From the human T2T-CHM13v2.0 reference genome, Homo sapiens, in the NCBI RefSeq assembly GCF_009914755.1, contig NC_060946.1: a DNA stretch of 64,000 nucleotides; one strand, written 5' to 3'. A model generated the notes under the pieces. The model did no database searches. It saw only the letters and a list, made by a program, of their open reading frames with translations, and was not told where the DNA came from. This document shows positions 27,386 to 41,373 of the stretch, one piece after another. The number at the start of each line of letters is the position of its first letter. Position 1 is the stretch's first letter. Both the position numbers and the translations under genes were made by a program.

Positions 27386-28579
27386 CACAAAAACAGACAC
27401 TCAAAGGCTAAGTGGTTAGTGAGAAAAAATCTGTATTTGGTCAAATATTTATGGTGGCTTGAATTGGATTTTGTTATTAAAAATATTGTTAAAAAATAAA
27501 AAATAAAAATATTGTTGAGAAGAACATTACAATGTTAATGTATTCATTCTTCATTTGACAGATATTGGTTGTGCACCTACTGTTTATCTGGCAGACTGTG
27601 TGAGAGGGACACCATTTGTCTTCTAAGAGTAGTTCAAGATTTCTCCTGCCTCATTTGACTGTGAAGGGGAGTTCTCTCTTAAAGACACAGTCTTGAGCTG
27701 TGACCTTGGGTTGTGTGTGTGCATGTGTGTTGGCATGTGTGCATGTGCGCATGTGTTTGCATGGGTTGTGTGTGTGTGTTCATGCATAATTTTGGTAGGG
27801 AAAAAATCATCTTCTTATTACACCTGGATGCTTTTTCTTTTGGGGATTTCTTCTTGCAAATTTAGGAGTTTTATGGGGCTTGTTGCCTTGTTCTGTCTTG
27901 GACTTTTCTCTGTCATCTGGATTTTTCTGTTTTCTTTCTAATGTGTCTGGCTGATAAGTCCGTGGATGCCTCTGCTTGGGAGAAGCCCTCACTCCCAAGG
28001 GACCCAGGCAGAAACCAGAGCATGATTCGTAGAAAAGGAAGCTTTGTCCAGGTCATTTAGGCCTGTCCTTTAGTCTAGAATAAAGGAACTGATGGGCTAA
28101 ACGTGGTAACTAGAATGGAGACCCAAAAGACTACAGTGAGGCCATTTCCTGGGGATTCCTACCCTCTGAGGAACAGAATTCCCAAGTATATCAAAACTGT
28201 CTGGCTTCAAAATTGATGAAGGATGGGAAGAGGGCTCATTACAACTTGATGCAGCCACAAAAAGGGATTTATTGCATGTTCTTAAGCCTGGAAATGACAG
28301 GATGGAAAGCAAAGAAAGAATTTTGAACTAAAAAAGAACTTAGAAATAAATTAGTCCATTCATTTCTAATCTTTCTTGTTTCTTCTGTCATTTTCTAGAG
28401 GAGGAATATGAGGCCCAGGAAGGTGAGTTCATCTTGCAGCTGCTAGCGATTGACAAGTCTAAGAAACCAAGTTCTTGGCTTGTTCCTACATGCACTCTAC
28501 AGACTGACTTAGGAATATTTCCCATGAAGGCATCCACAGAGACTGTCCTGTGTGTCCCTTAGGCCAGGCCTTCGACTTC

Positions 28580-28860
28580 AATTGCATTTCTTTTCAAGAC
28601 AAGGTTGTGAGGGGAAGGATTGATTAGATATTGAGGAGGTGAAAGAAGTTATTAGATTGATTAGATATTGAGGGGTTGAATAGATATTAGAATTAGATAT
28701 TAAGGGGGTAAATAATATCTATCAAGGTTAACTTCCAAGTTGAGTGGTTGGTGAATGGGAGGAGCCACCATCTGAGGCAGAGTACGGAGATGCAGGTTTG
28801 GAGAGAAAGGAAAGTTATGATGAGTTCAGTTTTTTGAGTTAAAATCGCAGTGAACCGCCA
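28580..28860 (-). mobile_element. L2 fragment
   Basis: GATGCAGGTTTGGAGAG..GATGAGTTCAGTTTTT. Confidence 0.5.
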
Positions 28861-29139
28861 AGCTGGGGGTACAACAGGAAGGTGCACACCTGGCTTCAAG
28901 AGAGAGGAACAGTTTAGAAGGTTCTTCTTTTTATTTTTAACCTTCCAAAATCCTATTTCCCAAGGTCTTTCCCAAATCTACCTGTTCTGTGAAGTGGTCC
29001 CTAATCTCCCATCTCATCCAGCTGTTTCCTGTGTGTGCCCATAACACATTGCTTTCGGCTTCATTAGGCTGTCCCTCCATTTAGTGAGGTCATTGTCTTC
29101 ATGAATATCCCTTCTAACTAGTCACCTTGGAGTCAGCAC

Positions 29140-29670
29140 CAAGGGGCTGTAGAGTATTGTGGATAAGAGTGCAGCCTCTTGTTCCAAACTGCTGGAGTTC
29201 AACCAGAGGCATACGTATACATACATATATATTTATATATAAATGTCATCTATAAATATATAAATATATGTCATGTAAATGTCATATTTATATATAATGT
29301 CATATATAATTATAATATTTATATTTATAATATAAATATAATGTCATATAAATATATGTCATGTAAATATGTCATATATAAAATGTCATATATATCATAT
29401 AAATATATAGTCATAAATTTATATATATAATGTCATATATAAATATATAAATATTTTATAATTTATAATTTTATAGTTTATAATTTATAAAATATATAAA
29501 AATATATATAATGTCATATATAAATATATATATATTTTTTACTTTGGGTAATTTAACCGCTCAGTGACTCAGTTTCCCCCTCTGTAAAATTGGAATGATA
29601 AAAGTGGTAGTTATCCAATCCAGTGGCTGTGTATTTAAATGAGTTAACATATATAAATGTCTTAGCATAT
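29140..29670 (+). mobile_element. MIR split by a 320-bp AT-rich repeat (29215-29535)
   Basis: GTGGATAAGAGTGCAG..CTGGAGTTCAA on the left; ACTTTGGGTAATTTAACC..CTCAGTTTCCCCCTCTGTAAAAT on the right. Confidence 0.75.
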
Positions 29671-29999
29671 GGAGGAGCGGTCGGGGGCCCTTCCTTTTCC
29701 CTTTCCTTATAATAAATCTCATGGTTTCCTGACTCCATTCTGCAGGTCTCAAAGTAGCATCTCTTCATTGAGCAAGTTTCTTAATCCAAAATCATTTTCT
29801 ATTTTCCTTTGGCTCAGTAAGGACCCTATATCCTGTTTGATGTTTTGTGTTTGAAATTTTTAACAATTGCAGGAAAAAAATCTGTTTGAAAAAGATACCA
29901 GTTAAAGACAAGGGAGTGAATGGGGTGAAATGTTCCCTTCACCGGCCTAAGAAAAACCTCTGGGGAGCTCTCTGACCGAAGACAGGTCAGCGAAGACTG

Positions 30000-30010
30000 T
30001 GCTGAGTCAT
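30000..30010 (-). promoter_or_regulatory. NRF2/NF-E2-sMAF ARE/MARE motif with embedded AP-1 site (motif only)
   Basis: TGCTGAGTCAT is the reverse complement of the consensus ATGACTCAGCA, in apparently non-repeat DNA. Confidence 0.45.
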
Positions 30011-30544
30011 GCTAACTTAAGATTCACTTTGGAAAACAGTGGCTAAAAAGTGTCTTTTTCTTTTCATTCATTCATTAGTTCATTCATTCATTCTTTTTTC
30101 TTTTAAAATCCTTCCCTGCCAATTCTGGCTGACTGAGATGGGGCTAAGACGGAAAGGGTTTTGAACCATAACTGGCATGTCCGTAGCTGCAAATTCGACA
30201 ATAATTCACTTGTTAAACTGAGGGAGAGGTGCGAGTTGGCAGCTTAGAATAGATTTCATTTTCACTCTTCATCTGTTGCCAGGAACACTGCTCATCTGTC
30301 TCCTGTGCTTTATCTCCTGGTGGGATTCAAAGCAAACGGCAGTCAGCTCAGTCTGCATTGCTTTTGCCAACCCAGAAGCCAACTTTCTCACCCCCTCCTT
30401 GGCTGCTGGGAGGTTGTAGCCTCCCCGGGTCTTTGGTCCTAGGTGTGGTTTATCAGGAATCGCTGCCGTGGTTAATAACATGTTGCTGAAAAGTGGACAT
30501 TTTGCGTCATTTTGGGTATTGAAGAGGTTGAGAGGGAGGGCTGA

Positions 30545-30740
30545 GACATTTCTGCTGTTTGGAGTCAGAGCTGGATTTGAATGTTGGCCCTGCTACCTTG
30601 AACGAGCAACATTCTTGCCTTAATTCTTATTCTCTGTAATGGGGATATTGTAACTGCTGCGCTGAATAGTGTAAGAATGAGAACAGTAGAAGCATTTAAA
30701 CATCCGGTTTTGGCCTGGCACTGGGTATGCCCTCAATAAG
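30545..30740 (+). mobile_element. MIR
   Basis: TTTGGAGTCAGAGCTGGATTTGAAT..CTGTAATGGGGATA..GCCTGGCAC..CTCAATAA. Confidence 0.7.
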
Positions 30741-30798
30741 GTCTCTGTGAAAGGCCTTCCAGTTTCTTAACAGCAAACAACATTGCAGAAAGAACGAT

Positions 30799-30983
30799 AG
30801 GCTGCTGCTAGTTAAGATAGTACATTGCACAAATCATAAAAAGGCTCAACCTCCAGATGGATACAACCTGTGGAAGACCTCCAGTTTGCAAAGGTGCATG
30901 GGCTTGATTTTGGTCCCACTGGTCCCTGAAGCCAGGTGCCCATGTGCAGTAAACAACTTTAACAGTTGTGCACAGTGGCTCCG
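30799..30983 (-). mobile_element. MER91-like (hAT-Tip100)
   Basis: GGTGCCCATGTGCAGTAAACAACTTTAACAGTTGTGCACAGTGGC terminus; AGGCTGCTGCTAG at the other end. Confidence 0.55.
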
Positions 30984-31249
30984 AAGACTGATGTCTGCAT
31001 TGAAGCTTGATCATGATTTACTAAACTGACCTCAGGAAAAGGAGAATCGGCTCAGAATCATGTGGCATTGAAGAGTGTTAAGGATATGACCTACAAGCTA
31101 GTTTTTCACTTTACCTTCGACTTCTTTTCCTCAGGAACCTTGACTCCCAACAAATGGAAATGTTTGTTACCATGAAGTTGCACCGTGATGACACATTTGC
31201 ATGAAGTTCTTCAGCTGCAGTGCCTGATTGGCCATTGGCGGCTGGGAGA

Positions 31250-31478
31250 AGAGCCAGCCTGTCTGTGTCTTTCTCTAGGCCCTGGTGTGTATTTCTTGCA
31301 GCATCTTGGCCACTACTTAATCTCTTTCTGCCTCACTTTCTCATCTGTATTATGGAGAGAATATTAGTACGTATCTCGTAAGGTTCTTTTAAGGATTTAA
31401 ATGGTTCATACACCGAAGGCACTAAGAACAGTGGCAGGTACATAATGAGTGCTCAACTAACGTTGGCTATTATTATTG
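31250..31478 (+). mobile_element. MIR
   Basis: GCCTCACTTTCTCATCTGTA..GTACATAATGAGTGCTCAACTAACGTTGGCTATTATT. Confidence 0.8.
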
Positions 31479-32149
31479 TCTACCTGCATTCCTGCCTCCT
31501 GTGATGTTGTTTCTTTCTGTCCTCCATGAAGCCTTCATAGATGACCCCATCCAGAAGTGCACCCGTCTCCTCTCTCTAACACATGCAGTACTTACCAGGG
31601 AGTAACATTTACATGATAATCATTTTTAGTTTGTGTCATATTTTTCTGCCCCCACTTAATAATGAGCTTCTAGAGATATTCTTCTTTCTATTCTTTAATA
31701 GCTTTATGCCCTGCTGTAAACCAAACATCTGCCCATTCACTTCTTAGTTCAGAGATCTATTGGTGTTATACAACAGAAACTTGACTTGTACTAGCTGAGG
31801 TTAAAAAAATTTCTGAGCCTAGGGAAGAACATGGATGACTAGAACGATGGCCATACATGTCCATAAGATCTTCTCTCTCTTGCCTTGTCTCATTCTTGCT
31901 CTCTCATACCTGCTACTCTACGTTAGTGTCACTCTTCCGGGTCTGCTTTATCCATGAGACAGGAGCCATGGTCTCTAATAACTGCAGGCACATATCTTTC
32001 TGGATGGAAAAGACTCTCTTATTCCAGGTTTAGGAATAAAATTCTCAGGGAATAATTTTGATGGGCTCATCTTAAGCCAGTTTTTATCTATTAAACAAGC
32101 ATGGTGGTTACAGATATAATGTAAGCAAAGCACAGTTAACATTAGATCT

Positions 32150-32410
32150 GTGTGGTATGGAGAATGTTCCAGGTTGGATGACTGGAGAGATGGTGATACC
32201 ACCAACTTAGGCAGAAACACAAGAGGACTGAGCTAGTATGGGAGGAAGGACATGGAGAGTTCAATTTTGGATATTCTGAGTTAGAACTATAACTAGGACA
32301 TTCAGGTGGATGAATCTCAGGGCAGTTGAATATATCAGTTCAAACCTCATGGGAGAGCTCAGAACTCGAGATATAAATTTATGAGTCATGAGCAGTTAGG
32401 AAATAGTTTA
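32150..32410 (-). mobile_element. L2 fragment
   Basis: GAGTTCAATTTTGGATATTCTGAGTT..GGACATTCAGGTGGA..GGCAGTTGAATATA. Confidence 0.7.
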
Positions 32411-33333
32411 AAAACTTCCAAAGAGGACTTTCACTTCTAAGTAGTATGTAGGAGATCATAGCAGGCTAACAGTCCCATTGTATCAACTAGAAAAAAATTT
32501 GATGAATTGAAAAATTACATTTTTAAAGACCTATGAAACCTGTGAAAGCAAAAAGGGAGAAGATGAATTAAAACTCCAGAGATAGAAGAGTATTTTCTAG
32601 GTGAGCTGACAGTTGCCAGACATTTATTCCCCAAGAGCCTGCCATTCTGGAGGCAGGCAGAGAGTCAGGCATGGTACACACAGATAGACTCTCCTGAGGG
32701 AAGGAGAAGCCAGTAGGGCATGTGGTGGTCATGCAGGGCCAATGGATGCGGAGCTAGGGATTCCTCAAAAAAAAAAAAAAAAAAAAAAGGGCTAATTTTC
32801 CCCAAGGGTAGTAGTTTTCCACAAGCTGTTAGAAACACTAGACTAATAGAAATACAGGAGTCTATTCTGAAAATTTCTAACAACAAACCTATACTTGTGG
32901 GATAAAACTAAAATAGTAGAATAGAGAGAAAGCTTAACTTTTACTGCTTACAGTCCTGACTGGATGAAAATAAAGGAAATAAGTATCCAACTAAAGTAGT
33001 TACAAATACGATAAGTGCAAAACCCAAAGAAAGTAGAAGGAAGAAAATAGTAGTGCAGAAAGAGATGAAATAGAATGCAAATGTACAATAAAGAAGACAG
33101 CGTTGTTCTCTGTAAACGATAATGTAATTGCCAACCTCTGGCAAGATTGCCCTACCTCTTTCCCCGCAAGAAAGGGAGGCAAAAATAAATAATATTGTAA
33201 GAAAAAGCCATAACTAAAAATAAAAGAATAATATAACTTTATACTAATTAACTTTAAAACCTAAGTGGTCACACATTCCCAGAAAACTGTATATTACCAA
33301 ACCAACTGAACGAGAGATAGAAAAACTGAATAG

Positions 33334-33740
33334 TAGTTGACCCTCGAACAACGTGGGATTGAGCTGCATGTATCCACTTATATGTGATATTTTTCCCATC
33401 TCTCTCACTCCTGAGACAGGAAGACTAGTTATTTCTCTTCCTTCTTCTCCTCAGCCTACTCAATGTGAAGGCAATGAGGATGAAGACCTTTATGATGATC
33501 CACTTCCAATTAATGCATAAGAAATATATTTTCTTTATGATTTTTAATAATTTCTCTAGCTTTATTATAAGAATGCAGTATAAAATATACAGAATATGTG
33601 TTGACTGTTTATTTCATTGGCAAGGCTTCCAGTGAACAGTAGATTATTGTTAAGTTATTGGGGATTTTAAAGTTCCATGTGGATAACCAACTGTGTGAGG
33701 GTCAGTACCCTTAACCCTTGTCTTGTTTAAGGGTCAACTA
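33334..33740 (+). mobile_element. Tigger2a/MER28-like
   Basis: TIRs AGTTGACCCTCGAACAAC and TTGTTTAAGGGTCAACT; GAGGATGAAGACCTTTATGATGATCCACTTCC. Confidence 0.85.
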
Positions 33741-34170
33741 GTTTTATGGCTATTTTTAAAAATTCTTAAAATCTACCCACAGGTGCTCAAGTGGTCTTGC
33801 CTGTGAATTTTACAAAACATAAAGAGACTGAGTATTCAAGCTTTTAAAGAATAAGAAATGGCTGACTTTTGGTGCATGCTAAGACGGAATTAGTTTCCTA
33901 TAGCCCATCTTCTCCAATAATTACAACTAAAAACTCTGAACCCCACCCCCACCTTAATCAACTAGCTGAGTAATCAGAGGATAATTAAGGCCACTTGGGG
34001 AAGGAAGTGAAAATTTGAAGAATGACCAGTACCTGTAATGATAAGAAAATATTTGTAAATCATATATCTGATAAAGGATTTGTATCAAGAATATGTAGAG
34101 AAAGAACTTTTAAAACTCAAGTATTAAAAACCCAACCCAATTTGAAAAAAAAAAAAGAAAGATTGAAACA

Positions 34171-34656
<486 letters not shown>

Positions 34657-34741
34657 TCATTTTTAAGCCTTCCATAACCTGGACACCCAAACTATACCAT
34701 GATGTAATTGTAACAGAAGATTTCAGAGCAGACTTACTCCT

Positions 34742-34748
<7 letters not shown>

Positions 34749-34782
<34 letters not shown>
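34749..34782 (+). repeat. (CA)n microsatellite
   Basis: Direct reading. Confidence 0.95.
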
Positions 34783-34785
<3 letters not shown>

Positions 34786-34799
34786 CTACAGATGCACAC

Positions 34800-37350
34800 T
34801 CCAAATCTAGCAAAAGATGAAATGATAATATGACCAAGTTGAGTTTCTTCCAGGGATGCCTGGTGGATTCAAAATTAGAAATATTATAGCCACTACATTT
34901 CAAGCCAAAGGAAAGTTATTAATAAATGATCACCTCAATAGATGCAAAAATGAATTTTTTGAAATTTCACACATTCATGATAAAATTAAAACTTTTACCA
35001 GACTTGAAACTGAAAATATATTCCATCTATACACAAAAGCCCCGCAGCAAACATCATACTCAATCATAAAATATTTAATGAATTCCCTTTACAATCAGAA
35101 GAAGACCAGAATGAGAGCTATCACCAGTTACTTTTATCATTTTATTGGAAACTTGTGGTCAGCAAAAATAAGATAAATAAAAGATAAATGCATTGAAAAT
35201 CAAGCATCAAAGTGTCATTTAAATATGTTTTTCTACATAAAAATTGTCGAAAATTATACATAAAATTATTATAAGGCATAAGACAGTTTAGCAAATTTGC
35301 CAGATAAAAGATCAATATATGAGCTAATTTCATGCCTAAACATTAGCAGCAATCTAGTAAAAAACGCGTAACAAATAACATTCACACAAAATTAAAATAA
35401 TTACACCTAAGTGAAACTGTCCAAGAATTTTATGCTGAAAAGTATAAAACATTCTATGAAGTCATTAAAGAGTATTCATATACTAGGAAAGAGATACTCT
35501 ACCAAAGGGCAGGAAAACTCAATGCCATAAATGTGTCAATTTTTTCCAAATTTATCTCTAAACGCACCAAAATCCAATAATATCTCAAGTTTTTTTGTAG
35601 AATTTGATAAACTGATTCTAATAATTACGAGGGAGAATCAAGGGCCAACTAATGGTAAAGGTACTCCCAAAGACAGAGTATCAGGCAGAGTAACTCATCC
35701 TGCCAAATATCAAGGCTCATTATAAAACTAGTAATTAGTAATCTGTTACAAATACTTCAAGAGAACATAATAAAGTGCTAATGAGCAAACCTTTCACCTA
35801 CCTGGAATCTTGATATAACGGAGCTGATGTTTCAGATAGAAGGAAACAATGGCCTATTGTCCAATAGATTTTAGGAATTGGTGATCCGTATGGAAAAATC
35901 TAAAGTGTATAGTGAATGCCTGTGAAACAATACAAAAAGGCAAACCACAATATAGAAAGGGGGCAAAAGACAAAATCAGGCTCTTAGCAGAACATAGAAT
36001 ATGACTGACCAATAAACACATGACAAAAATTTCTTAACATCATTAATAACCAGCAAAAGGCAAAATAAATATTTTAAATGGAAAAAATTTACAATAACAA
36101 AGATGTGCAAAGCTGCTGGTGAGGATGTGGAGAAATAGGAACACTTTTATGCTGTTGGTGGGAGTGTAAACTAGTTCAACCGTTGTGGAAGACAGTGTTG
36201 ATATTCCTCAAGGATCTAGAACCAGAAATACCATTTGACCCGGCAATCCCATTAGTACCTAAAGATTATAAATAATTCTACTATAAAGACACATGCACAT
36301 GTATGTTTATTACAGCACTATTTACAATAGCAAAGACTTGGAACCAACCCAAATGCCCATCAATGATAGACTGGATAAAGAAAATGTGGCACATACACAC
36401 CATGAAATAGTATGCAGCCATAACAGAATGAGTTCATGTCCTTGCAGGGACATGGATGAAGCTAGAAACCATCATCCTCAGCAAACTAACACAGGAACAG
36501 AAAACCAAAGACTGTATGGTCTCATAAGTGGGAGTTCAGCAATAAGAATACATGGACACAGAAAGGGGAACATCACACACTGGGACCTGTCAGTGGGTGG
36601 GGGGAAAGGGGAGGGAGAGCATTAGGACAAATACATAATGCATGAGGGGCTTAAAACCTAGATGACAGGTTGATAGGTGTAGCAAACCACCATGGCCCAT
36701 GTATACCTACTAACAAACCTGCACATTCAGCACATGTATCCTAGAACTTAAAAAAACAATGGGAATTCTTATTAAAGTTATAGAGGGAGGGAAAATTGGA
36801 ACTGCTTTGATGAACAACTGGTCACTACTTAGCAGAGTTGAACATGTGTGTGCCCCACTACTCAGCACTCTACAGCTAGGAGGATGCTCTACGTAAATGC
36901 ATATTTATGAGTACTAAGAGGCATGTAGAGAATGCTCATTTCAGCATTGATTTTAAAATTGCAAAAATAATAGCTCAAATGCCTGCCTACTATAAAATGG
37001 ATAAATAAATTGTGCTTCACTCATACAACATAAATAAGCAGTGAAAATAACTACAGCTACAAGCACCAACATGGAGAAATCTAAAAACCATAGTGTTGAG
37101 GGGGAAAAAAAGTTGCTGAAGAATATGGTCAAGTCGATGTCATTTATTCAACTTTCAAAAACAGGCAAAACTAAATAATACATAGTTTAAGAACCTATGC
37201 ATTTCTTGTAAAATTATCAAGAAAAGCAACCAAATTGATTTTTAAAAATTCAGGACGTTTGGTCCCTCTAGGAGGAAAACATTAGCAATATTCAACTTTT
37301 CAGTCTGGGGAGTGAGTGCATGAAGTTTGTTTTATTTTCATTATACTTGT
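34800..37350 (+). mobile_element. Old L1ME-like ORF2/3' remnant, split by an L1PA
   Basis: ATGACCAAGTTGAGTTTCTTCCAGGGATGC; GAATTTGATAAACTGATTCTAA; AATGGATAAATAAATTGTG. Confidence 0.65.
36114..36757 (+). mobile_element. L1PA (about PA8) 5'-truncated 3' end
   Basis: GGATCTAGAACCAGAAATACCATTTGACCC..GCAAACCACCATGG..CATGTATCCTAGAACTTAAA. Confidence 0.93.
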
Positions 37351-38502
37351 TTTTTTTCTTAACTGTCTTTTATTCATCAGTTCTTTATTCAACAAGTACT
37401 TATTTTCATTTATTTTTATTCTTTAAACTTTACATGTATATTAAGTCACTTCTTTGTACCTATGTCATATTTCTTAATAAGAGTCTTAAGAAGAGTTAAT
37501 GAAGGGATTGATAATGATGGCTAAGGGGTATGGGATTCTTTCTGGGGTGAGGAAATGTCAAACTGTGTGCCTATTAAAAGCCATTGAATTGTCTAGTTTA
37601 AATAGATAATGTTTGTGAATTATATTGTATTACAATATACAAGGATTAAGGTAGTTGAGGAAATTAAAAAATGTAGGTAGTATTTTTGAGAATTTGGGTG
37701 AGAAGGAGAGAATAGTGAAATCACTTGAGGGTGGTGAGGAATCAAAGGTTTTTTAAAAAAGAAATTTGGCTACAGGTTTAATGAGCATGCCAGTGGAGAA
37801 GAATTCAGGACAAGGAAGTCTTATATAACAGGATATGAACACAGCTCCTTTTATTCAAAATGGACCTACCTCCTATAGCACTTTCTTGAGTTTAAAAGGA
37901 AAAGTTATCTCCAAATTGGTGCTCAGCCTCCTGCCAGTCATGGGCTCTATTTACTCTTTGGGACAAATTTTCAAAAGCGTGGTGTCCTAGTAGTGCTGTC
38001 ATTCTTTCCACCTGGGTGGAAAGAGAAGTAAACGCTAACCAAATTGGAGCCATTGAACAATTCAGTGGGATAAGTATCTCTTGGCTGTCATGGTGGGATG
38101 GGCTTTAGGGCAGGGTAAATGGAGAGGTAACTGCTAGACAGTATTGACCTTCTAGTTGACCTTCCTTCTAGTCTATTTGCTCCTATGTGATCTGCCTGGT
38201 GACCTAGGAGCCCTCTGACTTCTGAAGTCCCCCCAGAACTCATTCTAATTCTTTGCAGACAATAACATAGAGGCAGTACAAAGCAAGTAGTGAGGCAATG
38301 AGTAAAGCATGCCTTTTGTCAAAGTATCCCTGCTCTGCTCTGACACCCACTACCCATCCCTCTAGAGAGCAAAGATTGAATCAATAATAAATTGATTCAT
38401 CTCTCACAGAAGTGAGCAGATAGCAGAAAAAAACACACTGACATGAGCATTAAGGAAACCCATACTCTAAATTCAGCTCTGACATGACCAGCTTCCTGTT
38501 AG

Positions 38503-38816
<314 letters not shown>

Positions 38817-38859
38817 CTGAGTCTCTTTTTCCTCATTGGTAAACTGGGGTGTAGTCCAT

Positions 38860-39358
38860 CAGCTCTTCCTTCTACCTCTTTCCCACTGTGTAACAGCCAT
38901 CTGTGCATAGGGATAGAGTAGGTCCTGATTGGTCCAGGCCAATCATGTTAATTCCATTTTGCTTTTCACAGTGATTGGTTAAGAATATCATAGCTGTAAG
39001 CCAATTGGCACATAGCAGTTCCTTGGTTACCTTGGTTTGGAGGTGACCCAATCATCACAAAGTTCACGATGTTTGATTATTGTGAGATGGGACTTGCTTT
39101 CCATTGGACTTAAGATTGCTGCACATCATGATTCTGTGGCCATGATGAGGGCCAGCCGTGGAATGCAGCTAACACTGAGGAGTAGAGCTGAGACATGTAA
39201 ACAAACAACACTCTTGATACCGGGTTACTGGATTAGCCCACACTGAAGCCTGCCTTATTTCAGTCTTTCTTATCACGGGAGCTAACAATCTCCTCTAGTG
39301 TTTAATCTAGTTTATGTGGAGTCTTCCATTACTTGCAATTAAAAAAAACCCTTACTAC
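38860..39358 (+). mobile_element. Old ERVL/MaLR-class LTR (MLT1/LTR16-like)
   Basis: GATTGGTCCAGGCCAATCA..CTGAAGCCTGCC..TTACTTGCAATTAAAA..CTTACTA. Confidence 0.55.
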
Positions 39359-39752
39359 TTCATGGAGTTAATATTTGGCGTATCTTTTTCAGGGGGTACC
39401 GCAAGGCTCCGAGGTAATACCAGTAACACACATGAGAGAGCAGAGTAAGTGTAGCTCCTATTTCTTTTCTACAAACACTGGATGTAAGTGAGAGGTAATA
39501 ACAGAATCAGAAAAGGGCTGACAGCAACAGAAAGACTAGGGTTTACATCACTCATTTAGTCATGGTGCTGTCACTTATTAAACTGACTTTATTAAATCCA
39601 CCTTGAGCAAAGCAACCTATATCGCTCAGTCAGTGTCCCTCATCTGGAAAAAGCTTACTGAGATCACGTCTAGGGTCACTTAAATCTATGTATATATAAG
39701 TTGAAATCAAGATATATGACTTATTAATATACTAATTATAATAACAGTAACA

Positions 39753-40272
<520 letters not shown>

Positions 40273-41373
40273 GAGTAAGTAAGGTATAGTTTTATTCATT
40301 CAACAGGATTTGTGGGGACTTGTTCTATTCCAAACCTTGATTTAGACCAGGAAGATAGAGATGAGCATTTAATTTAAATGATTTCAAAATTTAGAGAGGG
40401 AGAGAGCCTAGAAAAAAATATATTAATATGTATTCAGGTCCTGTATCCTCAACACAGCAGGCACTTAATATATATTAATGAAAAAATGAATAAGTGAAAG
40501 ACTGTCAATATGAACATATGACAAAAGTTTCTGAAAATATAATTAAATTTCTAAGACAAAACTCACTCTTTAAAGAGTAAAAGAGTATTTAAGAGCTAGA
40601 GGCTCTAACAAGAGTCTTTCCGTAACTTTCATGGTTTGTTTGGATTTCTGCCTAAGATCACTGCACCTCAGTTGCCAAAGATGCTCCCTGCAGTAAGCAG
40701 GGCTCCAGATAGGTAAATCGATGAGTTGCAAGATGCTCTGAACTATCCATCTTCCTCCAAGCCAAAGATGGGATGGAGAGAAGGAGGGAAGTAGCGTAAT
40801 TTCTTCTGCCACAACTTGTTTCATTGACATGAATCACCTCATGTGTGATGGGTGTAACATCTGTGTAATGTGGGAGTCATATTAGTTCATTCACAATTTT
40901 CTCCAGCACATTGTTGCTTTGATGTCATCAGGAGCATGTTTTCCCATAATTAAAGAAGATCCTAAAACAGAAGACAAAATGCACACGTAATGGCTAGCTT
41001 GAAGGCTTTAAGAACAATGGTGCTTTCCCAATATTCAGTTTCTAGAGGATCTGCAAGGGTATTTTCCTTGTATTAAATCAATGGATTTAGGAAGAAGGCT
41101 ACATCCTGGGTTGTATTTTAATTTTGATGAAATTGATAATCAAAGGATTCATAGGAACCAAGGTGTAAAGCCACTGAGGATTGACTGTGGTCTAAATAAA
41201 TTTGCTTGTGGAAAGTTAACTCTGTTAGTATTTGTATTAGAACTGTATTAGAACTGTTACTGTGTTTTTGAGTGCTCTAGTTACAGTTTTGAATGGTCTT
41301 CCCCAATCTCACTCTTCCCATGAATCTTTTTATTTTTATGCAGTTTTATAATGCAAGACATTAGAGCAGAGAA

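Noticed and set aside
28618-28702. Repeated TTAGATATT units resembling a spaced array
   Set aside because: Short irregular slippage duplications in L2-like DNA; not CRISPR-like and the context is eukaryotic
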